This document shows, one piece after another, positions 18,500-26,778 of a DNA stretch of 32,000 bases. Position 1 is the first letter of the stretch. Each line of letters begins with the position of its first letter. Location of the stretch: contig JBCCXO010000007.1 of the NCBI GenBank assembly GCA_039191645.1, positions 19,255 to 51,254 on the forward strand. The letters run 5' to 3'. The notes beneath the pieces were generated by a model. The model did not search any database, was not told the origin of the DNA, and saw only the letters and a program-made list of their open reading frames with translations. The position numbers and the translations under genes are program-made. This DNA is from Pseudomonadota bacterium (GTDB taxonomy: Bacteria > Pseudomonadota > Alphaproteobacteria > Rhizobiales > Rhizobiaceae).

Positions 18500-19404
18500 A
18501 AGTTCCGCCCAATGGCTATGGCTGGTGGTACGCGGACGCGATAAGCGATGACGGCCGTTATGGATTCTCGATCATCGCCATGATTGGCTCTGTATTTTCA
18601 CCCTACTATGCCTGGGCAGGCAGAAACGAACCCGAAAACCACATCGCTTTAAACGTGGGCCTTTACGGCAAAGGCGTTAAGCGATGGACCATGACAGAAA
18701 GAGGCAGATCAGCGCTTACACAACAACCTGACCATCTCGGGATCGGACCAAGCAATCTGACCTGGGATGGAAAAGCGTTAAGGATTGAAATCGACGAATG
18801 GGCAAATCCATTCCCCAGAAAGGTAACAGGTACGATCACGATTATCCCGGAGGCATTAGCCGGAACCTCGTTTCAACTGGATGGCAAGGGCCGGCACTAT
18901 TGGCACCCTCTGGCACCTCGGGCTCGCACCAAAGTCAAATTCGACAAACCAGGCCTCGACTGGGAAGGCACTGCTTACATAGACAGCAATTGGGGGAGCG
19001 AACCGCTGGAAGCCGGGTTTGTGAATTGGGATTGGTCAAGAGCGCATCTGCACGATGGAACCGGAATCCTATATGATGCCTTCACCAGAGATGGCCAAAA
19101 TCGACAACTTGCATTGAGAATCAACAAAGATGGCACCGCGGATCAACTGGTCCCGCCCCCGCGCAGCACGCTTAAAAAAGGCCCTATTTGGCGTGTCAAC
19201 CGATCTACATTGTGTGCGACATCAACCGTGCCGAAGACCTTAAAAATGTTAGAGGATACGCCCTTCTATACCCGTTCTCATGTCAAAACGATGTTTGAAG
19301 AAGAAGCCGTTATTGCGGTTCATGAAAGTCTGGATTGCAACCGGTTCGCTAGCAATTGGGTACGTTGTTTATTACCCTTTAGAATGCCCAAGGTTACCCG
19401 GTGA
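18496..19404 (+). CDS. crtC: Acyclic carotenoid 1,2-hydratase (hydroxyneurosporene synthase); start codon non-canonical or unresolved
   Basis: The conserved N-terminal region VPPNGYGWWYADAISDDGRYGFSIIAMIGSVFSPYY begins at 18502. The only nearby candidate start is CTG at 18496, which overlaps the crtD stop (CTGA). The stop coordinate 19404 is secure. Confidence 0.8.
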   Translation: MKVPPNGYGWWYADAISDDGRYGFSIIAMIGSVFSPYYAWAGRNEPENHIALNVGLYGKGVKRWTMTERGRSALTQQPDHLGIGPSNLTWDGKALRIEIDEWANPFPRKVTGTITIIPEALAGTSFQLDGKGRHYWHPLAPRARTKVKFDKPGLDWEGTAYIDSNWGSEPLEAGFVNWDWSRAHLHDGTGILYDAFTRDGQNRQLALRINKDGTADQLVPPPRSTLKKGPIWRVNRSTLCATSTVPKTLKMLEDTPFYTRSHVKTMFEEEAVIAVHESLDCNRFASNWVRCLLPFRMPKVTR

Positions 19405-19406
19405 TA

Positions 19407-19556
19407 TCAGTCGGAAGTCTCTTCAGCGCGCGCATTTCTCTCGGCATCTTCGCGGTCCAACTTGTTCAAACTATGCAATTGCCAAAAACAAAAGGCCATC
19501 AACGCACCAAAAGTGACGAAGAATTCAAATACAAAAACCATATCTGCAATGTTCAT
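19407..19556 (-). CDS. Untracked 49-aa single-TM ORF directly downstream of tspO
   Basis: I translated it by hand: MNIADMVFVFEFFVTFGALMAFCFWQLHSLNKLDREDAERNARAEETSD. The ATG at 19556 is 1 nt after the tspO TGA (19558-19560). Its TGA at 19407-19409 is 2 nt from the convergent crtC stop. It has a hydrophobic helix followed by a charged tail. Confidence 0.45.
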   Translation of the reverse strand: MNIADMVFVFEFFVTFGALMAFCFWQLHSLNKLDREDAERNARAEETSD

Positions 19557-19557
19557 G

Positions 19558-20028
19558 TCATGCCTGCTCCGGGTTAAGTTTCAGCATCGTTCGGTTTAAG
19601 ATAACTGCTACTGTTACCCAAGCAATATAGGGCAGAAGGATGAGACCGGCCATTTGGTTTATTTGGAAAAACAAAATTGCCTGCAATACAACGGACGCCC
19701 AGAGTAAAAACGCCTCCCACAGAGCCAGTTGCATGCGTTTCATCCCAAAGAAGATTGCTGACCATGCTGCATTCAAAATCAACGAGATGACATAAACGAC
19801 CAATGCTAGCTGACCGGCTCCAGTAAAGCCGGTTTCAGTCCAAACAATCCATCCTGCAATCGCATTCAACAAGTAAAGAATAAACCAAACGGTCGGAAAC
19901 GCCCACTTGGGCGGCTGCCAACTTGGCTTTTTCAGAGCTTCATACCAGGAACCAGGGGCAAAAATACCGCCACTCATAGCAGTGACAAAATTGAGGCCGA
20001 CAAAAGCAAGGAGTGACCAACTTATCAT
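19558..20028 (-). CDS. tspO: TspO/MBR tryptophan-rich sensory protein (CrtK)
   Basis: Five-TM, Trp-rich protein (WYEALKKPSWQPPKWAFPTVWFILYLLNAIAGW). It abuts the crtB stop, as in the Rhodobacter crtIB-tspO operon. Confidence 0.92.
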   Translation of the reverse strand: MISWSLLAFVGLNFVTAMSGGIFAPGSWYEALKKPSWQPPKWAFPTVWFILYLLNAIAGWIVWTETGFTGAGQLALVVYVISLILNAAWSAIFFGMKRMQLALWEAFLLWASVVLQAILFFQINQMAGLILLPYIAWVTVAVILNRTMLKLNPEQA

Positions 20029-21066
20029 TTACACCAAATCCAGTTTGGCCGTTGCCCGGGCTCTTTCCAAATATTCCCGATCCCTGCGATCCATTTCGGC
20101 GAATAGATTTATCAGCCATTCACCATCGCCAAAAGCATTTTCATGGTCACGTGCGGAAGCATCAATCAGATATTTGACCTCTGCCAAAGGTGGGGATTGA
20201 TCCGCACCATTTGTATCAAATGGATTTCCAGTCGACATCAACATCAAGCTCAGCTTTCGTCCCCGGGTGGTGTAAGCCCTCTGATCAACCGAGTTAAATC
20301 CATTCTTGCGCACTTTCTGACCAATTTCGGCATAGACCATACCGGCCGCACGGATACCCGGGCGACAACTGGTTGGCAAATCAGAAATCCCGGTCATACC
20401 TCTTTTATAAACTTCATCTGCTTTGTCCAGAAGCCGCTCAACAACCCGCCCAAGCTCATTGGAAAACGTTGGTTCAGCAAGAAACTCGGCGGTGTTAACG
20501 CCCTCTTGCTCCAGCCACTCAGAGGGAAGATAAATCCGTCCATTGTGTGCATCCTCACCCACATCGCGAGCTATGTTAATGAGCTGCATCGCTACGCCCA
20601 AATCGCAAGCACGTGCAAGTGTATTTTCAAGGCGTCTGCCCATGACGATACTCATCATAACCCCCACGGTTCCAGCAACCCGGGCAGAATAATCCACAAC
20701 ATCGCCAATGGTTTCATAATTCTTGCCCATGATATCCCATTCGAAACCTTCCACCATGGATTGGGGAACCAATTCAGGAATCTCGTAATGCCGAACAACT
20801 TCTGAAAACGCACAATCTGCTGCGTGATTTTCAGGAGTTCCAGCGTAGGCTTTTTTGATACGCTCTCTTAGTCGATCAATCGACTGCATCGTAGCCTTTG
20901 GTGTATCCGCTATATCATCTGAAACCCGGCAGAACGCATATAAGGCAGTTGCAGCAATCCGCATTTGAGCAGGTAACATTAAAGAGGCGAAGTAAAAGCT
21001 TTTAGAACCTTCCCTGATGATGCGCCTGCATTCTTCAATATGCGTCTTAGTAAACGTGTGCAACAT
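20029..21066 (-). CDS. crtB: Phytoene synthase
   Basis: Squalene/phytoene synthase motifs SKSFYFASLMLP, CRVSDDIAD and NIARDVGEDAHNGRIYLP. 345 aa. Confidence 0.95.
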   Translation of the reverse strand: MLHTFTKTHIEECRRIIREGSKSFYFASLMLPAQMRIAATALYAFCRVSDDIADTPKATMQSIDRLRERIKKAYAGTPENHAADCAFSEVVRHYEIPELVPQSMVEGFEWDIMGKNYETIGDVVDYSARVAGTVGVMMSIVMGRRLENTLARACDLGVAMQLINIARDVGEDAHNGRIYLPSEWLEQEGVNTAEFLAEPTFSNELGRVVERLLDKADEVYKRGMTGISDLPTSCRPGIRAAGMVYAEIGQKVRKNGFNSVDQRAYTTRGRKLSLMLMSTGNPFDTNGADQSPPLAEVKYLIDASARDHENAFGDGEWLINLFAEMDRRDREYLERARATAKLDLV

Positions 21067-21068
21067 CG

Positions 21069-22610
21069 CTAGGAACCCGCTTTCACAAATAGATTGCCGT
21101 GCGGTACGACTTCATCAAGCACACATGCCGATGTCACAACACCGGGCAAGCCGGCTCCAGGATGCGTCCCTGCACCGACAAGATAAAGTCCTTTGACTTC
21201 CTCGCTGACATTGTGCGGCCGGAACCAAGCGCTCTGCGTGAAAATTGGTTCTGGGCCAAATGCAGCGCCAAATGGAGCATTTAGACGTTTCTCAAAATCC
21301 AGCGGTGTCATAATCTTGGATGTTACAATGCAATCCCCCAAACCCGGCATTAGGGTTTCTTCGAGCCGACGTTGCATCTTCATGCGATAAGCTTCTGATA
21401 TCTCGTGCCAATCCACACCACTTTCCAAATGTGGAACAGGCGATAACGCATAAAAAGTATCACAACCTTCCGGCGCCACGTCAGGATCGCTGGCGGTGGG
21501 CCTATGCAAGTAAAGGCTAAAATCCTCAGCCAAAACTTTTCTATCGAAAATATCCTTCAGTAAGCCTTTGTAGCGAGGACCCATGATGATGGTGTGATGA
21601 TCAACCGTTTCAAATTTCCGGTTAGTGCCAAAATACCAAACAAACAGGCTCATGGAGTGATGAACACGTTTAAGTTTGCGCGGCGTCCAACGATTGTTTT
21701 TCCGGCTGCTTAGCAAATTGTCATATCCCCAGATTGCATCAGCATTGCTAACAACAATGTTTGCCGGGAGTTCTCTGCCACCTTTAAGACGAACACCCCG
21801 GGCTTGGCCATTCGAGACAAGGATTTCCTCCACTGGGGAGTTCAGCAGCAATGATCCCCCCTGTCCTTTCACCAAATCGACAAGCCCAGCCACAAGAGCG
21901 CCCGTACCTCCCATCGCATAATGAACACCCCAGTTGCGCTCAAGAAACGCAATTAAACTGTAAATACTTGTGACTCGAAGCGGGTTTCCACCCACAAACA
22001 GCGGATGGAAGCTGAGAGCAATTCTGAGTTTTTCGTTTTCGATATGCTTTGCTACATGGGCATAAACTGATCGATCTGCACGGTGTGAAATCAGACTTGG
22101 CAGGAACTTCAGCATATCGACAAACCGGCTAAATGGTTTTTTGCCCATCTGCTCAAAGCCCATCCGGTAGTTAGCCTCACTTTCAGCCAGAAATCGGTCG
22201 TACCCTTTCACATCTTTTGGATTGAAGCGAGCAACTTCGGATCGCATGAAATCTGCGTCCTGATTGCACGTAAACACTTCTCCATCATCGAACCGTATCT
22301 TGTAAAACGGATTCATTGGCTTCAGGGTGACATGGTCAGACATGCGTTTCCCGCACAACTCCCATAACTCCTCAAACACAAAAGGTGCAGTGACAATAGT
22401 CGGACCTGCATCAAATACGAAGCCATCTTGATTAAAAACACTAGCCCGACCACCAGCCTGCTCAAGCTTTTCGACAACAGTGACCTGATAGCCGCGAGCA
22501 CCAAGTCGTACCGCAGCCGCTAGGCCGCCAAATCCGGAGCCAATAACAATAGCTTTAGGCTTTTGCCCTGATGCGAGCGTAGCATCGGAGTGCATAAAAT
22601 GTGTATTCAT
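21069..22610 (-). CDS. crtI: Phytoene desaturase
   Basis: FAD motif AIVIGSGFGGLAAAVRLGARGYQVTVVEK and C-terminal LYLVGAGTHPGAGLPGV. ATG at 22610, with ATG at 22595 as an alternative. No Shine-Dalgarno is visible. Confidence 0.95.
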   Translation of the reverse strand: MNTHFMHSDATLASGQKPKAIVIGSGFGGLAAAVRLGARGYQVTVVEKLEQAGGRASVFNQDGFVFDAGPTIVTAPFVFEELWELCGKRMSDHVTLKPMNPFYKIRFDDGEVFTCNQDADFMRSEVARFNPKDVKGYDRFLAESEANYRMGFEQMGKKPFSRFVDMLKFLPSLISHRADRSVYAHVAKHIENEKLRIALSFHPLFVGGNPLRVTSIYSLIAFLERNWGVHYAMGGTGALVAGLVDLVKGQGGSLLLNSPVEEILVSNGQARGVRLKGGRELPANIVVSNADAIWGYDNLLSSRKNNRWTPRKLKRVHHSMSLFVWYFGTNRKFETVDHHTIIMGPRYKGLLKDIFDRKVLAEDFSLYLHRPTASDPDVAPEGCDTFYALSPVPHLESGVDWHEISEAYRMKMQRRLEETLMPGLGDCIVTSKIMTPLDFEKRLNAPFGAAFGPEPIFTQSAWFRPHNVSEEVKGLYLVGAGTHPGAGLPGVVTSACVLDEVVPHGNLFVKAGS

Positions 22611-22645
22611 ATTTTGACATTAAATATTGTAAACTTTATTTGCGC
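22602..22645. promoter_or_regulatory. CrtJ/PpsR-type operator overlapping the crtI start codon
   Basis: A perfect TGT-ATTCATATTTTG-ACA at 22602-22619 contains the crtI ATG (22610-22608). After an 8-bp gap there is a TGT half-site at 22628-22630, and its 3' arm reads CGC. The site lies at the 3' end of bchO. Confidence 0.55.
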
Positions 22646-23528
22646 AAGCATTCTGTTCATCATTCGACAAGCATTGTGTGGCAAATGCGTCAATCTTACC
22701 CGCTACCGCCTCGGGATTTTCCTCATGTACCAAGTGACCAGCTTTGGAAAAACTGATCCTCTCACCTGCCGAAACGATTCTTTCAGTCGATAAGCTTGCT
22801 GACGGATCAACGGTCCCATCCTTTTCGCCAATTATCTGCAAAAGCGGTACTGGTAAATTTTTCAGACACTTATGCATTTCGTCCAGTTCCCAATTGGCCA
22901 TCATTGCGAGCGTCCCCTCCACGTGTCGACTGGATACAAATGCCCGAGCATAATAGCTCAATTGCTGTTCGGTGAGCTCAGATCCGGTCGAACGAATGAG
23001 GCGCCGAACACGTTCTTTGTCAGATGCCGTCAGTGCAAAAAATTTTGGTACAAAGGGATTTAGAAAAAGCATTTTGGCCATAGCCGGGAACAATTGACGT
23101 GCGAATCCCGGGAAAGGATAGAAAGCCCCGTTAATTGAAACGATGCCTTTTGGCCGCACAAGCCCCTTCACAGTCATGTTTACCGCGATGGCGGCACCCG
23201 CCGAATGACCAACGATGAGTTCAGGCTCAAATTCCTCTTGAATAAGCAGCGTCGACAAGGCTTCGCTGATGTTATCTAGGCTCGATCTCTTTCTTCTGAT
23301 CACCGAAGAAAACCCATGCCCAGGCAAGTCAGGCACCAACAAGTCATACTTCTCTGACAGAATTTCCATGACTCCCTCGAAAGAGTGGGTGGTAGCACCA
23401 CTTCCATGTAAAAGGAGAATGCCGGGTCCACTGCCCGTGCGCTGAACATGCCATCGTATGTTGGTCAGCTCGACAAACCGACTAAGGTGTGAATTGGGCC
23501 AACTCTGTTTCTCGTCCTGCCAGTCCAC
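22620..23528 (-). CDS. bchO: BchO-type alpha/beta hydrolase associated with Mg-chelatase genes
   Basis: Alpha/beta-hydrolase fold with LLLHGSGATTHSF and the nucleophile elbow VGHSAGA. It lies between bchD and crtI, as in Rhodobacter. Confidence 0.8.
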   Translation of the reverse strand: MDWQDEKQSWPNSHLSRFVELTNIRWHVQRTGSGPGILLLHGSGATTHSFEGVMEILSEKYDLLVPDLPGHGFSSVIRRKRSSLDNISEALSTLLIQEEFEPELIVGHSAGAAIAVNMTVKGLVRPKGIVSINGAFYPFPGFARQLFPAMAKMLFLNPFVPKFFALTASDKERVRRLIRSTGSELTEQQLSYYARAFVSSRHVEGTLAMMANWELDEMHKCLKNLPVPLLQIIGEKDGTVDPSASLSTERIVSAGERISFSKAGHLVHEENPEAVAGKIDAFATQCLSNDEQNACANKVYNI

Positions 23529-23543
23529 AATTTCAATCCATGG

Positions 23544-25310
23544 CTAATGTTGACTGACCCGCACCGCGTCAGAAATGTTTTTTGAACTGGCAAACGGCAT
23601 GGGTACATACTTTGCCCGCAACGCGTCGGCCACCGTTTTGGCATGACCATTCGCACTCCGGCTCACATCAATGACTAAAGTGGCAACCTCCAAAGAAGCC
23701 AGGCCACGCGCCATTGAAATTGCATCTTCCATTGCTTGAGCCCTACCTCCAAGGCCCTCAAGCGATACGTTGGCGCTACCATCGGTCAACAAGACAAGGC
23801 TGGGGCTGCGGCCTTTACGCAGTTCATCCTGCGCAACCGCCATCGCCTTTTGAAGCCCATGGGCTAGCGGTGTACCACCACCCCCGCGCAATCCAGAAAG
23901 CGTCCTACGTGCCCGCGTCAAAGATCGGGTAGGCGGCAAAATGGTTTCTGATTCCTGTCCGCGTAAGCTGATGAGGGCGACATGGTCACGACGTGCATAA
24001 CTCTCACCTAAGAGCAATTCGACCGCACCTTTTGCCTCAGCCAATCGATTGATCGCAGTTGAACCGGAGGCATCTACCACAAAAATCGTGGTGCTTTCAG
24101 AAGGTTTCAAATAACGTTTAACATGAAAGTCGCGCTTTCGGACCTGTATCCGATTTGGGTTCAGACTGTGTTGACGTCGCATTGTTTGCCATGGTGCAGA
24201 CGCCCTCAAGGTTGCAATAAGATCGAGGCGCTTACCATGATCAAAAGAACCGCGGATGCTGCCGACAGGTTTACCCCGTGTAAAGCTGATACGCTTACCC
24301 CCACTCCGGCCTGCAAGCCGCTTACCGCGCCTTTTGTTTGTATTGCTTTTCAACGCCATCAGAAGTTCGGGCGGCAGAGTAGCAAGGATACTGTTGACAT
24401 CCATCTCATTGGGCATGGTGTCGGAGGTGCTACGATTGCTCTCTTGTTTTTCTTCATCGGGATTGGACGTATTCGCTTCTTCTTCAAGAGCCTCATCCTG
24501 TTCCTCTATGGGATACACAAGAGCGCGATTGACCAGACTTAGACGAATTGCCGTTGACACATCTTCTCGATTTACCGTGCTCCTATCCTGCAAACCGGCA
24601 TGAAACGACGCCACTTGCAAGGCCTGATGTGGTGGTCTGATTGAAGCAAGCCCGAGACTGAGGGAAACCGCACAAAGTTCTTCAAGGAGAGCGGCATCAC
24701 ACAAAGCCGGCTTGGGAATGCCACGATTATTTTTCTCATCTCGCTTACCAATGTCACGCAGCGAAACCTGAGACAAGTCCAGATGAAACATCAACCGGTC
24801 ACGTAACCCGATTGACAAAAATTCTTCACCATCTTCGCCCTGATCAATGATGACAAGACCTAGGTTTAAATCCTGATCAGAGGCGGGCGATAAACCATCA
24901 ACAGAAACCCTACCGGATTCAAGCACAGCGCCAAATCCGGCAGCCATTTCCGGCATCATTGCGGCTGACAGCGGGATAATGAGAACCCCTTCGTGACACC
25001 TAGAAAGTAGGCCTTCTTCATATACCCGTTTGCCGGCTGCCAAGGTCGCCGATAAATCAAGCCCTCCTAACAAATCGGAGAAACGTGCAGTGCCTTGAAG
25101 CTGTTTTGTTGAATCTCTGGGCAAAACATCCTGCAATCGTTCAAGCCAAGCGTCCAGAACCGGCCCAGCCTGCGCTTTAACACAAAATGTCGGCATACGT
25201 GATGTGGGCGAGGAAACCATTCCAGCCGCAAGCTCAATAGCCAAACAGGCATCGTTCCAGGCCGCTGATTGCGGAGAGCACGTTTGAGAAGAAGTATCGA
25301 GGTGAGCCAT
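23544..25310 (-). CDS. bchD: Magnesium chelatase subunit D
   Basis: Degenerate N-terminal AAA module, an acidic linker (EEQDEALEEEANTSNPDEEKQE) and a C-terminal vWA/MIDAS motif (IFVVDASGSTA). Start is ATG at 25310, or TTG at 25328 overlapping the bchI stop (TTGA). Confidence 0.92.
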   Translation of the reverse strand: MAHLDTSSQTCSPQSAAWNDACLAIELAAGMVSSPTSRMPTFCVKAQAGPVLDAWLERLQDVLPRDSTKQLQGTARFSDLLGGLDLSATLAAGKRVYEEGLLSRCHEGVLIIPLSAAMMPEMAAGFGAVLESGRVSVDGLSPASDQDLNLGLVIIDQGEDGEEFLSIGLRDRLMFHLDLSQVSLRDIGKRDEKNNRGIPKPALCDAALLEELCAVSLSLGLASIRPPHQALQVASFHAGLQDRSTVNREDVSTAIRLSLVNRALVYPIEEQDEALEEEANTSNPDEEKQESNRSTSDTMPNEMDVNSILATLPPELLMALKSNTNKRRGKRLAGRSGGKRISFTRGKPVGSIRGSFDHGKRLDLIATLRASAPWQTMRRQHSLNPNRIQVRKRDFHVKRYLKPSESTTIFVVDASGSTAINRLAEAKGAVELLLGESYARRDHVALISLRGQESETILPPTRSLTRARRTLSGLRGGGGTPLAHGLQKAMAVAQDELRKGRSPSLVLLTDGSANVSLEGLGGRAQAMEDAISMARGLASLEVATLVIDVSRSANGHAKTVADALRAKYVPMPFASSKNISDAVRVSQH

Positions 25311-25324
25311 GCTGTAACCCGAGC

Positions 25325-26365
25325 TCAAGCCGCATCCCGGCTTGCATAAATCTCTTCCAATACACGCTCTACCCGTACAGATCCGCGTGCATCGTCCAGA
25401 GGATTTTTTCTCAGTCGATGACTCAATGCCAAAGGCGCCAGTTTTCGAACATGCGAGGAAGACACGACCGTATCACCACTCCAAGCCGCATCCGCACGCG
25501 CAGCCTTAATCAGGGTTAACTCACCCCTGAGGCCATCCGTTCCAAGTCCGATGCATATTTCAGCGATCAAGGCCAACACGTCATCATCCACGGTTACGAA
25601 TCCAATCAACTCCCGAGCGCGATCAATTCGATTGCGGAGTTTTGTCGTCTCACGTTTCCATTTGCGAATGAACGCCGAAGGATCAGCATCGTAAGTGTCG
25701 CGCCTTCGGATGATCTCGACACGTTTTTTGATATCCATGGGCGTCTCAACGTCAACTGAGAGACCAAATCGATCCAACAGTTGCGGCCGCAACTCCCCTT
25801 CCTCTGGATTTCCGCTGCCAATCAAAACAAAACTGGCAGGATGGCGAACTGACAAGCCTTCTCGTTCAATAACATTCCAGCCGGAAGCTGCGACGTCCAA
25901 GAGCACATCAACTAGATGGTCTTCAAGCAGGTTAACTTCATCAATATAGAGGAATCCCCTATTTGCGTCAGCGAGCAAACCCGGTTCAAATTCCTTTTTG
26001 CCGTCCACCAAAGCACGCTCGATGTCCAATGAACCCAAGAGGCGGTCTTGGGTAACCCCCAACGGCAAATCGACAACAGGTACAGACACTTTCTTGGCTT
26101 GGGAGGCGCGATTTGTTTCCAAACACTGTTCACATAATCTCGTAGTGTCGCTTGGATCACACCGATAACGGCAATCGGCAACCGCTTCGATGGTTGGCAA
26201 TGCAGCCGCCAACGCACGCACAGTGGTGGTTTTCCCGGTTCCTCGATCGCCTAATGCAAGAACCCCTCCGAGAGAGGGATCAATGGCTGAAAGTATCAAC
26301 GCATGTTTAAGCTCGTCCTGACCGACGATCGCCGCAAATGGGTAAACTTCCCTTTTTTCGTTCAT
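25325..26365 (-). CDS. bchI: Magnesium chelatase ATPase subunit I
   Basis: YPFAAIVGQDELKHAL, Walker A GDRGTGKTT and Walker B FLYIDEVNLL. GGGAAGGGAG Shine-Dalgarno lies 4 nt before the ATG at 26365. The tracked start at 26449 adds 28 non-homologous residues. Confidence 0.94.
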   Translation of the reverse strand: MNEKREVYPFAAIVGQDELKHALILSAIDPSLGGVLALGDRGTGKTTTVRALAAALPTIEAVADCRYRCDPSDTTRLCEQCLETNRASQAKKVSVPVVDLPLGVTQDRLLGSLDIERALVDGKKEFEPGLLADANRGFLYIDEVNLLEDHLVDVLLDVAASGWNVIEREGLSVRHPASFVLIGSGNPEEGELRPQLLDRFGLSVDVETPMDIKKRVEIIRRRDTYDADPSAFIRKWKRETTKLRNRIDRARELIGFVTVDDDVLALIAEICIGLGTDGLRGELTLIKAARADAAWSGDTVVSSSHVRKLAPLALSHRLRKNPLDDARGSVRVERVLEEIYASRDAA

Positions 26366-26404
26366 TGGGCTCCCTTCCCGAACGCGATAACCTGCCCCGC
26401 TTGA

Positions 26405-26448
26405 ATTGCGGGCAAATATACACTCTATTATGTCTATTTTCTTTGACA
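26405..26448. promoter_or_regulatory. CrtJ/PpsR-type operators upstream of bchI
   Basis: A perfect TGT-CTATTTTCTTTG-ACA lies at 26431-26448. It is preceded, after an 8-bp gap, by a degenerate ATT-N12-ACA at 26405-26422. Both are 40-83 nt upstream of the bchI ATG. Confidence 0.6.
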
Positions 26449-26623
26449 TGTACAGAGACTATAATCTTTTCATGTTAACGAATGTGTTGACCAAGTGAGA
26501 TCTGAGATCTCTTAGGCATGATCCGCGTGGGAAAGTCATGCGGGATTCAAAAGCCTTTAGCTCAAATCGATATAAAAAACTGCGCACCATGCCAGCAGCC
26601 ACCGCTGAGGAAAACCCTAAAAT

Positions 26624-26685
26624 GGCAGGTTGAAAGAAACCCGAACATGCAGACAAATCAGTCAGGGTTTGCACTACAACCTGCC
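26624..26685. repeat. Nested inverted repeat (62 nt) in the bchI-dxs intergenic region
   Basis: The outer arms GGCAGGTTG (26624-26632) and CAACCTGCC (26677-26685) pair over 9 bp. The inner arms AAACCC (26637-26642) and GGGTTT (26665-26670) pair over 6 bp. The loop is 22 nt. On the minus strand it is followed by ATTTTAGGGTTTT. Confidence 0.5.
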
Positions 26686-26703
26686 AAATCAACCAAAATT
26701 AGC

Positions 26704-26764
26704 TTGCTAATATGCAAATTGTGACTAAAATTATGGACAATATGAGTGTAAATAATAATTTACA
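26704..26764 (+). promoter_or_regulatory. Putative dxs promoter with CrtJ/PpsR-type palindrome
   Basis: TTGCTA (26704-26709), N16, then TAAAAT (26726-26731). A perfect TGT-AAATAATAATTT-ACA lies at 26747-26764, 15 nt before the dxs ATG. An off-spacing TGT-N14-ACA lies at 26720-26739. Confidence 0.5.
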
Positions 26765-26778
26765 TTCAGGGAGGTCAC

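Noticed and set aside
20143-20805. Large antisense ORFs, such as the 220-aa plus-strand ORF opposite crtB, 8284..8715 opposite pufL, 4373..4792 opposite hemA and 9717..10091 opposite bchZ.
   Set aside because: They are shadow ORFs on the strand opposite confidently identified genes. They have no motifs and biased, low-complexity translations.
26496-26510. A GAGATC-TGA-GATCTC hairpin (two BglII-like sites) upstream of bchI.
   Set aside because: It has only a 6-bp stem with a 3-nt loop, no flanking U-tract or other supporting context.
26459-26724. Two mutually antisense tracked ORFs (77 aa minus, 68 aa plus) in the bchI-dxs spacer.
   Set aside because: Neither has a Shine-Dalgarno or a recognisable domain. 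Their composition is odd, they overlap each other, and they overlap the inverted repeat. I treat them as non-coding.
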